Source: Basidiobolus meristosporus CBS 931.73 (Eukaryota > Fungi > Basidiobolomycota). From it: a stretch of 64,000 nucleotides of DNA. The stretch lies in contig MCFE01000307.1 in assembly GCA_002104905.1 (NCBI GenBank), positions 1 to 64,000 on the forward strand. The letters run 5' to 3'. Position numbers and translations under genes: made by a program. Under the pieces are notes generated by a model. It had not been told where the DNA came from and made no database searches. It saw only the letters and a list, made by a program, of their open reading frames with translations. Shown one piece after another: positions 11,237 to 23,191 of this stretch; positions within the stretch are counted from its first letter, which is position 1, and each line of letters begins with the position of its first letter.

Positions 11237-13313
11237 CAAAAATTACTCCAACTCTGGATGCTTGTGATATGGATTTCAGTAATTGGTCCCAGAGCCGGTT
11301 TAAATCTGCGAACTACGATCATCCGCAGCCATTTCTCATGACTCATAATGTACATGGGAATTTTCATCCCCACTATCTGTTCTTGGTTGGCCTGTATTGA
11401 GCGCACATGAATACAGTCAAACCACTCTGGCACGGGCAAGGATATTAAGCCTGGCAATTTCAAATTCGATAAGCAGCAACCCAATCACCAGGGAGCTCAT
11501 CGACACCAAGGCTCTTCCGCTTCGATGAGTACGGAAAATTCTCGCCTGCTGCAGCAATATTGCTGGCAGGAGAGTCTCCCTTGCCTCTACAGATCGGGCA
11601 TCCATGCTTCGCGAATCCGGCAATATTATCGTTTTTCGGAAAACCAATACAACGCTTATCTCATCACAAATAAGGGCACAGCTGTAGGAAGGGAGACCAA
11701 GTTCCAACTTGAGACCCACTTGTACGGGATCAGTTGACGCAAGGTCAACAAGGCCAGGTTTGTCTTGTAGGTAGGAGTGCCTACGACACAAACCATTGTG
11801 CGAAGATGCACCATCAACCAGATTAACCAAAATACGCGATGCCATGGGATATATAAGTGAGAACAGGCCAAGTTGTCTACAACCTGTTTGTAGCTATGCA
11901 TCTTGCGTAGTACGACCATCTGGCTCAGGATTATGTCATAAGTGCCGGTTCCCACACCATTGGTTTTGAACAGTGCCGTGTCACTCATCTCGAACACTTC
12001 TCTGAGAAATCAGGCAGACAATCAAGCGAGAGGGTCCTTGGCATTCGTTTGTCAGGAATAAATGTGGAAACGGCCTTCTGGCCTCTTATCAGCCAGCACA
12101 GCTCGGGTTGTAAAGATTGTGGGGCCGTTGGTGGCAAAGGCTCTGTGCAGCTTAACGGAGAATTGGATTTGTGAGGTATTTCATTGCATAGGGACGTCTC
12201 GCCTGTCTGAGAGACGCGGCTGATGAGTGTATGGGTCATTGGGTCATTTGATCTCCACGTTCATCGCAAGCATCAGCTGTGTAAGAACAATAATTGGCGT
12301 GTCTCCTCTGCAGACCCATCACTTGCAATGTTCTATCTTGTGCAGGATATCCAGATCACCTTCAGTAGATGATGGCTGAAATAGCTTGGAAACGGTTTCA
12401 CCAGCCTGATCTGGAAGATGGATCTGGTTGACGGTCTCAGTGCCCACAACCGATTACAAATCCAAAAGAGTAGAACCCTGGTTTCTATCTCTTATCTGCC
12501 AAGGGATGTCTAGCCTGTTAATGGCTACATAGCGCACATGTTATGACTCTGTGGGACAGGTCTGAGCACTCAGCTTAGCAAAACAATCATTTCCGAGTCT
12601 GTTTAGGCTTTCCTTGCGAGGGAATTTCTTGCTGATAGCAGGTTGGCAACAGCCGTCATACCTTTCCATGAAACGCACACAAATCACGTGGTACCAGGTC
12701 AACTACATTGTTGGGTCGTTGGCGCATATGACAGTGAGAAGGTTCTGCGCGACGGAGACACTAGGTTTCTTTTAACTGGAGAGCTGTTCTCTATCGATTC
12801 CAAGACCACACATCCACATGCCGGATGTGGAACCGTTTCTGCCTCAACCTAGATATTACTGGCAGAGGAGTGATGTGAGATTTGCATGAGATCGAAGGGT
12901 TCAGGACGCAGATCAGGACTGATGAGAGTAAATGATTCTTTATAGTTGTGTGGCACATCAATAGAAATACAGCAAATGCAGCAGCATTCATTCTCATATA
13001 AATATACCGTCCTTGCTAAGACTTGATCTATTTTGCATTCAGGGTCTATTTGGAAACGATAAATCACTTGGATCTTTCCGTTGCAGCTATCTAGGAGTTC
13101 CTTGCTCCGTTCATCTTTACTTGAGCCTATCCCTATATTTATCCACGAACACTGTTCCTTATACCCTCTTGCATCACTTCCTCTCAAAACATCGCTCGTA
13201 CACTTGCCACCGTGTTTCTTGAACATATTCACCAGTTCCGATATCAGGCTTTCCCTCCTGGATTTGTGCGAAGTGGCAACGTTTTCCTCTAACCTTCGTC
13301 AGAGTGAGGCTAA

Positions 13314-15564
13314 ATGGAATTAGAGGGCGCCAATTACCAATATCTTATCGGGGATTCTTCTCCGACTGATTCTTTTTTTGAAGATGATTCTACCGCCTCC
13401 ATTGAGCGTAGTGGGGACTTTCATTTCCACATCCGTTACGTAGTCAAACACTTGTGGAAGCGAGTTTCTTTCACAAAAGGGGATAATGTAGCGCATGCGA
13501 AGCTGATATGCTTGGCAAAATGCGGAATCGTTCAACAGCAGAATGGCCCTTCTCTATCTTCTCTTCTTTCGCTGTATCCTACCGCAGAACGAGACAACTC
13601 CTCAAAGCCAGCAGACCCTTCGAGTGCCGAAGCAGAATGGGCCGCCGAATATGGACTGTTTTGGCCTGCAGCGGTAAGTCCATCGAATTTGTTGTTCCAA
13701 AAAGAGCGGTTCTCATCAACTCCTTAAACTAGGGTCATTGGCTAGATGATTCTCGGCGATTGGCATCATATCAATTCGAGAAGCAGGCAAGTGAATTACT
13801 TGAGAGTTATCGGGTCTTCGTAACTAATAGCTAATTCGTTCTTTCAAAAAGAATGTGATCGAATTACAGCACCGTAACAATTTCATTCTATTGCCGGTAA
13901 ATATTCTAACGGTTTCCTGCCTTATGCTGACCTTTGTATGCTCAACGTTCAATCTGCAGATGCTCAATTATTTCGACAGCTACATTGAGGGCTATTTGCT
14001 AAAGAAATGTGGTAAAGGGCTCTCACAATGCTGGAGCTCCCGATGGTTCTGCTTGCGTGGGAAATCCCTAAATTACTCCCGTAAACCGAGGGTAAGCAGA
14101 ACACTCCGAGGAGAGTTTATTGCCCGCCTTCTTACACTACCCCCTGTTGTAGGATCCATCCTGCACCACGCTCAATATCCAGGATCCGTTTATATTTGTT
14201 GAGGAAAACGAATTATGTCCAGAAGAAGACGGCACATGGCGATTTTCTATCAAACTAGGCTCCAGAACTCTACACCTGAAGGCCACAGCTTTTCAGGTAC
14301 AAGTCCAGCATTTGCCAATTTTTTGGCCTATATCAACCCATTTTCTAGGAATACGAACACTGGAAACGGATTTTCAAGAGCCTCCAGACCAAATATCTGG
14401 AAGACTATACCCGCCACAAGAAGTCATTTTCTCTTGAATCAGCGACCTCAATGTGCTCCAAGTCAACGGAAGTTTCCAGAGTATGGGACAATCCAGTAGA
14501 GGAAGATGAATTGAACGTCAAACCATCTGTCAGGCGATACGAGATGTTTTCAAGTAAGTCCTATTATTTCCGCAGGTTTACTGGTTATTTCTTACAAACA
14601 TTCCGAGTAGAATCCCACTCTTCCCTTACCAAATCCATCAAAGATGGTAGACCAACCGAACCGGAGCTAAAGCAAGGCATGATTGTTAAGAAGGCTTTCT
14701 ATCAAATACATGATGAGCCTGTATCGGTCTACATTGGTCTCAAGCCAAAGATGCTGTATTTGTTCAGAGAAAACTATGTATGTATGAGTCCGCTTACCAA
14801 GATGCTGCCACTTGTACTGACATTCCCATTCCCTCAGAATGACGATGAGCAAGAGCGTATAATATCGCTATCCAATGCTAATATCGAAATAGAACACTCT
14901 ACCGGCCGCTTCATGTTCATATTCTGTATCATGGAGCGCGATCAAGAAAATGGATCTCACAACAAAACAATTGGCAGATTGTTTGTTGAAAACGACCAGG
15001 AGATGAAGATGTGGCGCGTCGCGTTTATGGAGAGAGCAGGTATGTAGCCTCCCTCTACCCTGACCGGCGACTCGATATAAATGGCTAATCTTTAGACACC
15101 AGCCATTCAGACATCGCTAGGAAGCATCAAAACCGTCATATCCGAGATGATGTGTATGAGTCGACCCCCCACACCAGCAAGCGAGTTTGACGATGGCTAT
15201 TCCACATCCTCACCCACGACCCCCACTAGCCTACACAGTTCTAATCTTTTGAGTTTCCACTCCACTCCGCCAAAATCTTTCACACGCAATAGGCAAGGCC
15301 TGAAAGAGAATACTTACGAGGTAAGGGAGAATTATTGAGCAGCATTCAAACACAGAACTAACGAGCTACATCTGTAACAAGGTACGCAGGACTCGATCCC
15401 CATCCTCTGCAAGTACCACCAAATATCATTCAGAGCTACTCGAAGTGCCGGACCCCGATGCCACCACACCCACCGCACCCCATATGAACTCCTACAAGAT
15501 CATGAAGAAGACATCTCAACGATTCCCGGTTACATTTTGGAGACGTCGGGGCTCGATCGTCTGA
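13314..15564 (+). CDS. Multi-exon signalling protein: talin-F0/RA-like ubiquitin fold followed by two PH domains
   Basis: Spliced model gives EYGLFWPAA/GHWLDDSRRLASYQFEKQ/NVIELQHR. PH1: IEGYLLKKCGKGLSQCWSSRWFCLRGKSLNY...HLKA. PH2: KQGMIVKK...LKPKMLYLF...LFVENDQEMKMWRVAF. Last exon 15382-15564 is in phase; 3' exon boundaries are less certain. Confidence 0.7.
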
Positions 15565-16651
15565 AGGTGTTTCTGAAAAGAGTGGAAATATCCGCAATCA
15601 TATTCTTATCCCCTGGTGCCCTGCATTTACTACTCTTGTGCGGAGTAGAAATTGCGTTGATTCACGATGCACTTCATCGCCGTTCCTAGATGTAAATTAT
15701 GACCCAACCCCTATGCTCCCATGTTAATACAGAAGCCCCGGCATCCGCAACAGCCTTTCGCTTCCCGCCGTGGCACACCGCATACACTTTTGTTAGTCTA
15801 TCATGTACATTAAAACGATCCTGAAATTTGGAATCAACAACCGGTCGTTGAATCAAAATAAATCATATCTGCCGTGCTGCTAACTAACCGCGATCCATTC
15901 ATTTGCTCAGCACCCAAACCGGCTTGTACGAAGATCCAAGCCTGCTTGGGGAACGCTGACCCAGCCTATGCTTTGGTACACCTTGATTAATACCTGAGAC
16001 CTATGATGAACATCCAGATGACAATTTTCGCGACACCCAATTAAAGCACAGGAAATCCCCCTACGTCTGCTTCCACCAATGCCACTGGCCTATCTGTCCG
16101 ATGACCTGGATGGATATTGCATACACACCATGGTGGTGAGAACGGTGGTTTCATATGACATCGGTTGAATCACTGGTTGACCCTCATCACAATCATGTGC
16201 TCCCATGGATCGCACGAAATCAGCCATATTGAAGCAAGACCAAGCATGAGGATCCTGAACTAGCAAGGGGCTGGGCTTGTTCCATGTAGCAGAGGGGACT
16301 TTCTTGAGGATCCCCAAAGCTAAAGGCATTCCCCTTCTCGTGATTACAAATCAAGCCGAGTACTTCAAAGCCCGCCGGCAAAGCACGTGGGTTTGAGGGA
16401 TGGATAAGCTGGTTAGCACAGCGTTGTGGAATCGTGCTGTGCACGGAGTATGAATGGTGAACCTTATGATGTCAAAAGAAGGTGGATGATAGCGCCCCGT
16501 GTAACCCAGGTGCCATCGATTTGACAGTCTCGCACAAGAAATATGAGTGTTCCGAGGATTTATTGTCATTGAAAGCTAACACTTCCATGCGCTCTCTACG
16601 GTGTGTACATGCAATCTAAGTAGACTTTGAATAATTATCTGATATGTTCAG

Positions 16652-16975
16652 TTAGGCGGTGGCTTCTTTGAGATAGGCAACGCAGTCAGCACGATCCTTG
16701 GGTTTCTTGAATCCGGCGAACGCCATCTTGGTGCCGGGGATATACTTCTTGGGATTCTCGAGGTACTCGAACAGATTTTCTTCATCCCAGACCACGGCCT
16801 TGTTGATGTTGGCTGCGGTATAGGTGAAGCCAGCGGTGGTGCCCGACTTGCGGCCGAAGAGCCCGTGGAGGTTAGGGCCGACTTTATGAGCGCCACCTTC
16901 CTCAACAGTGTGGCATTGAGCACAACGAGTCTTGAACAGCTTTGCTCCAGCTTTAGCGTCGCCAGTGGTTGCCAT
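16652..16975 (-). CDS. CYC1: Mitochondrial cytochrome c
   Basis: CAQCH heme motif, [13 protein letters not shown], and [15 protein letters not shown] containing the Met ligand. First ATG at 16975. Confidence 0.97.
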   Translation of the reverse strand: MATTGDAKAGAKLFKTRCAQCHTVEEGGAHKVGPNLHGLFGRKSGTTAGFTYTAANINKAVVWDEENLFEYLENPKKYIPGTKMAFAGFKKPKDRADCVAYLKEATA

Positions 16976-17032
16976 TGTAGCAGTCAACAATTATCAAGGT
17001 ACGATGACATGCAATAAGCGGTAATCTGTCGC

Positions 17033-17110
17033 ATTTATAGCTGACAGGCTGACAAAAACCTCGAATCCAATGTATGCGATCCATACCGCGTACCAAAATA
17101 GCACCCCAAT
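17033..17110 (-). promoter_or_regulatory. Putative cytochrome c promoter: TATA box plus two CCAAT boxes
   Basis: TATAAAT on the minus strand about 60 nt upstream of the ATG; CCAAT at about 17067 and 17106. CCAAT-binding (HAP) complexes are known regulators of fungal cytochrome c genes. Confidence 0.4.
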
Positions 17111-18508
17111 TGTGGAGTCTTCATAATTCTACGACATTGTCATTGCTTCATGACGTGCAAGGAGACTGGTAGTCTCTTGATTGGATGTGTGATTATTACT
17201 GTGGACTATGGGCCGCGAGGCCATTGGATGGCATGCCCCATTGCTCACGACACATCCCGTATTAGCCCCAATATATCGAGCCATCTGGTTGATTTCGCTT
17301 ACCGAGATCCTCCTCAAGTATCCTGGGATAAGCAGTCCACTACGCAGCAATGGAGCTCCACAATGATCTGTGGTTCTAATGACGAAAACGGAGCCCAGGT
17401 TTCCACCCTCTGATCAAGACAGGCCAACCATGAACAGGGGCATCCATGCCACACATCATCTCTGCTGCTAGCGGATTGCGGCCTTATTGTAGCATAGATC
17501 ACGTCACTTTGTATCGGAAGGCCAGGCAAGATCGTACGATTAGCAAGTGTCGCTTCCAGTTGGCCTTGAGATACCCGCTGATGTAGCCAGAGCCACCAAG
17601 GACGTGATTACTCCATGGCATACTGTACCCTATTTGGTAAGGAGTACACCTCAGTTTCGTCAGGATTTGCCAACATCCTGTGGACGGGTGATACAACTAG
17701 AGCTCTTATTTGGCTATAGTAATGATGTGGATCCCATCAGTGGACGAATATACTGGAGCACACCAAGCGCTTTCAGAATCCGGTTTGTTGGTTGACTCTG
17801 GGCAGAGGATCAGGCATCATGTCATTAAGGTTTCAAGGTGTAACCCCAGGTTGACTGACCCTGCGCGGCGAGCCATTTCGAGGGTTCTAGACGTCGTGTT
17901 GTGGAGGAATGCCCAAGTCCCAGTTTGGGCGATTGGTGATATTACAAATAGCAGGCCAGGGTGGGAGGAATCGGAGGAATCACTGGTTAGATCGGAGCAG
18001 TATGAATCTCACCCCATGCATCCACCATCACACCACATCTCGGAGTGATGCAAGGCGGGCGTTTATGAAAAGTTACGCCAGACTCACGAGGTTTCTGATC
18101 CATCAACCACTGCGTTCACTAATCAATCCTGGATGCATGATCGCTTCGCTGCGGTATGGCTCTCCAGGATTGCTAGGTTGGATGATTGTGAGGGAGTAGG
18201 CCAGCGAGCTAAGCCATGCGCCAATTTACGGCGGACTTTGTGGTTGGAATGCAATCAAGGCAATCAAGGCGATCAAATCAGTCAAAAGGAAGTTTGGCCA
18301 AATCATCGGCTTTGTGGATACAATAACCCCGATGCTCCCGGAGGGCGGATTTTATGCATTTTATTTTGAATGTATGGGATTCGACATTCCCGTTTAGGTG
18401 GCCTTATCGGTCAATAATCTCTAGGATATGGCCAGTTCGCTTTCGAATCCGGTGATTTTTCCTACATAACACTGGCCACTTTTCTCCTGAACGAGAACCT
18501 CTTTCCCT

Positions 18509-19355
18509 ATGAGCGAGCTCACCCAACGAAAGGTATCAGAAAAAAAGCCGCCTTCCGCCGGCGCACCCAGCGCAAAGCCTAGCGCAAAGCCAGCGCAAGT
18601 GGGTAAAATCATCAAAGACACAGTCAACGCCATCCTGATCTCGATCGCCATATTCTTCGTGGCCTCCTACATTGTCACCGAGACTTTCACCTGGGGTGTG
18701 CAAAACAAATATACCAACTGGCGTAACTGGATACCGGTACGTCACCCGACTGTCTCCCACCTGGTTTCGATACGACTAACTCGCCCTGTTTTTTCAGCGC
18801 AAGAAGCTCTTGCTCTCCGAAGCGGAACTTAGCCGGTACAATGGAGAGGACCCAAATCTCCCCATCTACATAGCCCTAGAGTAAGTCCCCCTAGTGAAAC
18901 GAGCTCGAGCTGGCGTCTCACCCAATTTCTTTCTAGTGGCGAGGTTTATGATGTTACCGCTGGTGGAGGCTTCTACACGAAGGTAAGTTTCCCACTCGGT
19001 CCTTCGACAGCAAGCGCCTGACTGGTCTTTCACAGGGTGGAAGTTACGGCTTCTTTTCCGGGCGTGACGCCGCTCGCGCCTTCGTGACCGGCTGTTTCGA
19101 AACCCACCTTACCCACGATCTTCGAGGTCTTAGCAAAGAGCAGCTAAAGGTTGGTGAAGTATCATGACTTGGTGATATACGAACCGTGGATAACATGCGA
19201 ACGATTAGGGCTTGCAAGGTTGGAAGGAATTCTACGAGAACCACCACACTTATTATCACGTCGGCCAGGTGGTGCATCCGCCCATAGACCCCAAGTCGCC
19301 CATTCCTCCTGATTGCAAGCAGGGCTCATCCTACAATCCAAACGGAAAGGCCTGA
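18509..19355 (+). CDS. Membrane-associated cytochrome b5-like heme/steroid-binding protein (MAPR family), 5 exons
   Basis: TM helix, then ELSRYNGEDPNLPIYIALDGEVYDV, YGFFSGRDAARAFVTGCF and WKEFYENHHTYYHVG, assembled over four GT-AG introns. Confidence 0.88.
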
Positions 19356-19864
19356 CAAGGCCGTGCCGTTGTGTCGTGGTAAGCTGCATATGCAGCCTTA
19401 GCGACTGGTTTGGTTTCCAGCCGCATTTGGTAGCACACGATTCGCCCACCTTCAGTTGTTCCCATTTCAGGTCACCAAAGCTGACGCATTTGTAATCATT
19501 TGAGTGGATATCCAAATCCAAATGTATTGCTAATAATAAAAGGGGTTTCCTTTTGAGTGGATGCCTTTGGGTTTCTGGCGTGGGAGTGGGAGTGGGAGCG
19601 GCCGTGTTAATGGTATCATGGAATACTCACGGTGGGGCAATGCTCACAGTTCACCGTTAAAATTCTCTTTATTAGGTTGGTGGCGATATCGACTGCAGAG
19701 TCATGGCAGAGTCACAATCGCTCCTGGGAAATAGTTCTATCTGGGGTGTCACTCTATGGGGTTTGGTGCTGGCAAGGGGTGGACACTGATGCTGAATGCA
19801 AGCAAGACGCGCTTGATTCTCTTGGTGCATCAACTCCACACCATGGATTCTGGGGATGGATGGG

Positions 19865-21711
19865 CTATTCTGAATGCAGCGCTGGCTCATCAAACGTATC
19901 CAGATCGGTATCGGATGCGTACATGGGCGCCTCTTCCGTTACCGCCAAGATGGACGCCTCGCAAACCTTACCGAGCTATGGAAGACCCAAGGTTGGTTAG
20001 CAAACGGCCGGCCAGATGCGAGCGATTTGCTCCGTTACCTCTTCCAGCTGTTGAAAGAACGTGTCCATATCTTGTTGATCGCGACATAAAAACCCGAACA
20101 TCATGCATGGATCGAGCTTCTGAATCCCAATGGTACGGACGGCGTGACAATGGTACGTGGATAGTTCCTAGGGAGGATTGTTGAGTCCTTCACAGTGAAG
20201 TGTGCAATACGCCGTCGCACCAACCCACCTTTTCTGGGAGATTTCCTGCTGGATCTCTTGATGCTACCGAACGTGGATAGTGCGGGTCCAGATAGTAGAG
20301 TAGGTCATCTACGAGGCAGAGTGAATTTCTCCCCATGGGGGCTGAAGCATTTCAACTACACGGCGTACCTTCGTAGGCTAGGAAATAAAGGGAGGCCGAA
20401 GGCTTGCCACTAACTCGGGAGGTCAGCACGATGCTCTGTGAATGGAAACAAAATCGCATATGAAATGTAGAGACTCACCCAGCAATTCCAAGACTCTGAG
20501 TAAGGCCTAACAGCCCCTAGATGCGAGAGACGTATTGGCATGGGCCCAGCCGGGTAGGCAACAGAAGCTTACCTTGATCGCCGAGTGATAGACGGGATTC
20601 AATGCGCTCGTCCCGAGTCGGGTAGGGAGTAAGATCAAGAGTGGCAGCTGTTTGTCTTGTATTTGGCTTCGGTATAGCACCCCATCAGGGGCGATGTACA
20701 CCGTCATGTTAAGGGAGTCGCACGACTCCACCAAAGATCTAGACGAGCATCATAAGTGCCAGCAGAGCCCGTGGGTCCACAAGCGTTCACTTACTTTAAA
20801 ACCTGAGATGCAGTGGCAGGGCCAAACCACTCGCCAATACCCTTCCCGAGCCGCTTTCCCTGAGTGCACAGCCTATGCAGAGAGAAGGGCGCGGAGGAGC
20901 CAGGTTCGTCCATAAACAGGTCGACTATCTGAGATCATGTTGGAATGGTCAGCTAAGTGGCAGACGAATGTTCAGCTAGCTGACTGCACCCACCTCTGCA
21001 TAGATTTTCCGCGCATGCGAGGTTGAGGAATCCCTACGCCATTCTTGGTTGGCTATGCTCAGTATCGCTCGTATTCTCAAGTGGTGTGATGTGCTTACCT
21101 CTGCCCAACCTCGACACAACCAACGCTTGCCCTAACAACATCTGTGCCGATCGAAGCATGCAGCCCCAACCTGCGTCTGACTTGTAATTCGTCGGGTGGA
21201 TCGGGGGGAATCCGGTCCGATATGTGAACCACAGTCGGGACTCGAGATCCCTCACAAATTCTGGCGGATATCTCTCATTTGTCCCGGCCAGGTTGTTGCG
21301 TGTATAGACATAGGTCGACCCAAGCATGCGTATCTTTCTCCCCTCGCAGCTATGGACTAGCTGGTTAGGAATCAGAGGTGCAATCCAAGTCGAGAGCTGA
21401 TTACTTGCTACTTCTGCTGCACCCTGTATTCTACAGAGCGTGACGTATCCAGCTTGATAGAGTGTAAGGTCGCCAACCCGGAGAGGTCCCTTGTCTTCCT
21501 GCCTTGTCTGGCCGGTAGCGTCTGATTCAAGCATTATCTCGTGGCCATCGTTCAATGAGTCCTCTGGCCGTGGCTGATGGGAGTATTTCGAGGGCTCCCT
21601 CAGAGAAAAGGCTCTTTCCGGGGGTTCCCTCGGCAACCCCACTTTGGGGTTAACGAGCGGGGAGGAAGGGATGTTCTTTTTTCCCATTGGGGCTGGTCGA
21701 TAAACCTCCAT
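19865..21711 (-). CDS. ATG4: Autophagy cysteine protease Atg4 (peptidase C54), multi-exon
   Basis: LWFTYRTGFPPI, catalytic SDAGWGCMLRSAQM, FSLHRL, IGEWFGP, SLGIAG, YYLDPH and KLDPCMMFGF are found in successive exons. TAG at 19865-19867. Confidence 0.93.
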
Positions 21712-22579
21712 CTGCGCAAAGAACAATTGGGCAAGTGGTGATGGATACTAATAGCACGCTTTCTACAGAAAAGCCGCCAGTGCCAGTTGGATGGGTGGGC
21801 CGCGAAGCAAGGAGGCGGTAGGTGAACTGAGGTTGTGTGGCTGGGAAAACTCTGAGCAAATTTCAAATTACGCTTCCTTCTTCTTTTGTCGCACAGTCGG
21901 CTCGGTTGTTCTCTTCAAGCCCATAAGGCTCAAGTGTAGCTTAATATCTGTGGTGACCTGTGAACTCGAAAGAGAAAATCTCCGAGGAACAATGAGGGAA
22001 AACAGGGTGGATGCGACTGTTAGAAGCAAGATAGAAATGAGGTCATCGAGATTTATCTAGCACGCGCCCACGGATGCAAGTAGCTGGATCCATTCAACCG
22101 GATGGTGATGATGTTTGGGAATCCTTGCATTTGCATGTACGACAACAATCCATTCAAGGGATTCGGTGATCCGAAACAACCAATGTTGTCGTGGAATGCC
22201 GGAAGTGGTGATCTACAGTGTCTGCATGGCACAATCAGGACATCTCCAGGCATGGAGATTGCCCCTTCGTGACCGTTCCCGTACATCTGTAGCTCAGGCC
22301 GGACAGGCCGGATCCCCACACCCACTCTTTCCCACCAAAACGCTGACACCGATCCGCGGCCATCTTTTTCTAATGATCATTTATTAAACTAAGAGCCATG
22401 TACATCAGCAACTCTGCCATAGAGAATTGATGAAAGAAAATGTACTAGTGATGGTTGCCCCAGGGATGCAGGGCCACCGAAATGTATACACTAGTCTAAA
22501 TAGTGAGATGAGTATCGGACAGATGCAGGAAATGCAGCGGGGATGGAGGGTAGGCGCCTTGAGCCTGGTCGTCGCTCAC

Positions 22580-23191
22580 TCAGACTTTGTCTGTAATGAC
22601 CGACAACTCGTCGGAGACCGTTTCCGGCGTGGATAGCATCACAGTGGAGACGTAGAGGCCGACCGCGGCGGCAAAGATCTGGACAACACCACAGATCTTG
22701 AAGCAAACCTCCACTCCGAAAAGCTGGGCGACGGACAGGAAAACCAAACTGAGGAATAGTAGGAAGAAGGTGATGAAGGTAGTTTTGGGTTGTGTGCGCC
22801 ATGCGGCATAGGAGAAAATGGCGTTCAAAATCACCCAAGCGAAAGTGCTGATGCCGGTGGCCTTCATGTAGGTTCCGTCAGTGTAGGCGTCGCTGATCCC
22901 AGCCACAGGTAGAAAGTTCACTCCCGTGGTAAACCAGAAAGCGCCGTAGACCGAAAATGCACAGCCACCGAAGTTGTTTCCTCTGGCGAAGTCCCACATG
23001 CCGGCAACGAACTGGCAAAGGCCACCCATGAAGAAGCCCCACCCGCATATCACTGTGGAGTTGTCGGTGACAATACCGAGCGAGAGAAGGGCCAGGACGA
23101 CTGTAGAGATGGAGAAGCTTATAATGCCAAGCGCGGTGGGATCAGCCTGCTTCCGTTGAGCCTCGTGGCAGTTACAAGAACAATGTTTCAT
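22580..23191 (-). CDS. GPR1/FUN34/YaaH (SatP/Ady2) acetate/ammonia channel, compact 203 aa
   Basis: ADPTALG variant of the NPAPLG signature; GGLCQFVAGMWDFARGNNFGGCAFSVYGAFW; about six hydrophobic segments; no introns. Confidence 0.9.
   Translation of the reverse strand: MKHCSCNCHEAQRKQADPTALGIISFSISTVVLALLSLGIVTDNSTVICGWGFFMGGLCQFVAGMWDFARGNNFGGCAFSVYGAFWFTTGVNFLPVAGISDAYTDGTYMKATGISTFAWVILNAIFSYAAWRTQPKTTFITFFLLFLSLVFLSVAQLFGVEVCFKICGVVQIFAAAVGLYVSTVMLSTPETVSDELSVITDKV

Noticed and set aside
11233-11240. TGATG stop-start overlap between ORF 11236-11484 and the GNAT start, suggesting translational coupling
   Set aside because: The upstream ORF has no recognisable product, so the overlap is probably chance.
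11240-13232. Chain of minus-strand ORF fragments, including a GCPIC motif like CACTA transposases
   Set aside because: Stop density is near random in all frames, and no terminal repeats or further transposase motifs were seen.
19632-20184. Plus-strand ORFs, one with a KilA-N-like phrase (RQDGRLANLTELWK)
   Set aside because: They are antisense to the last exons of ATG4.
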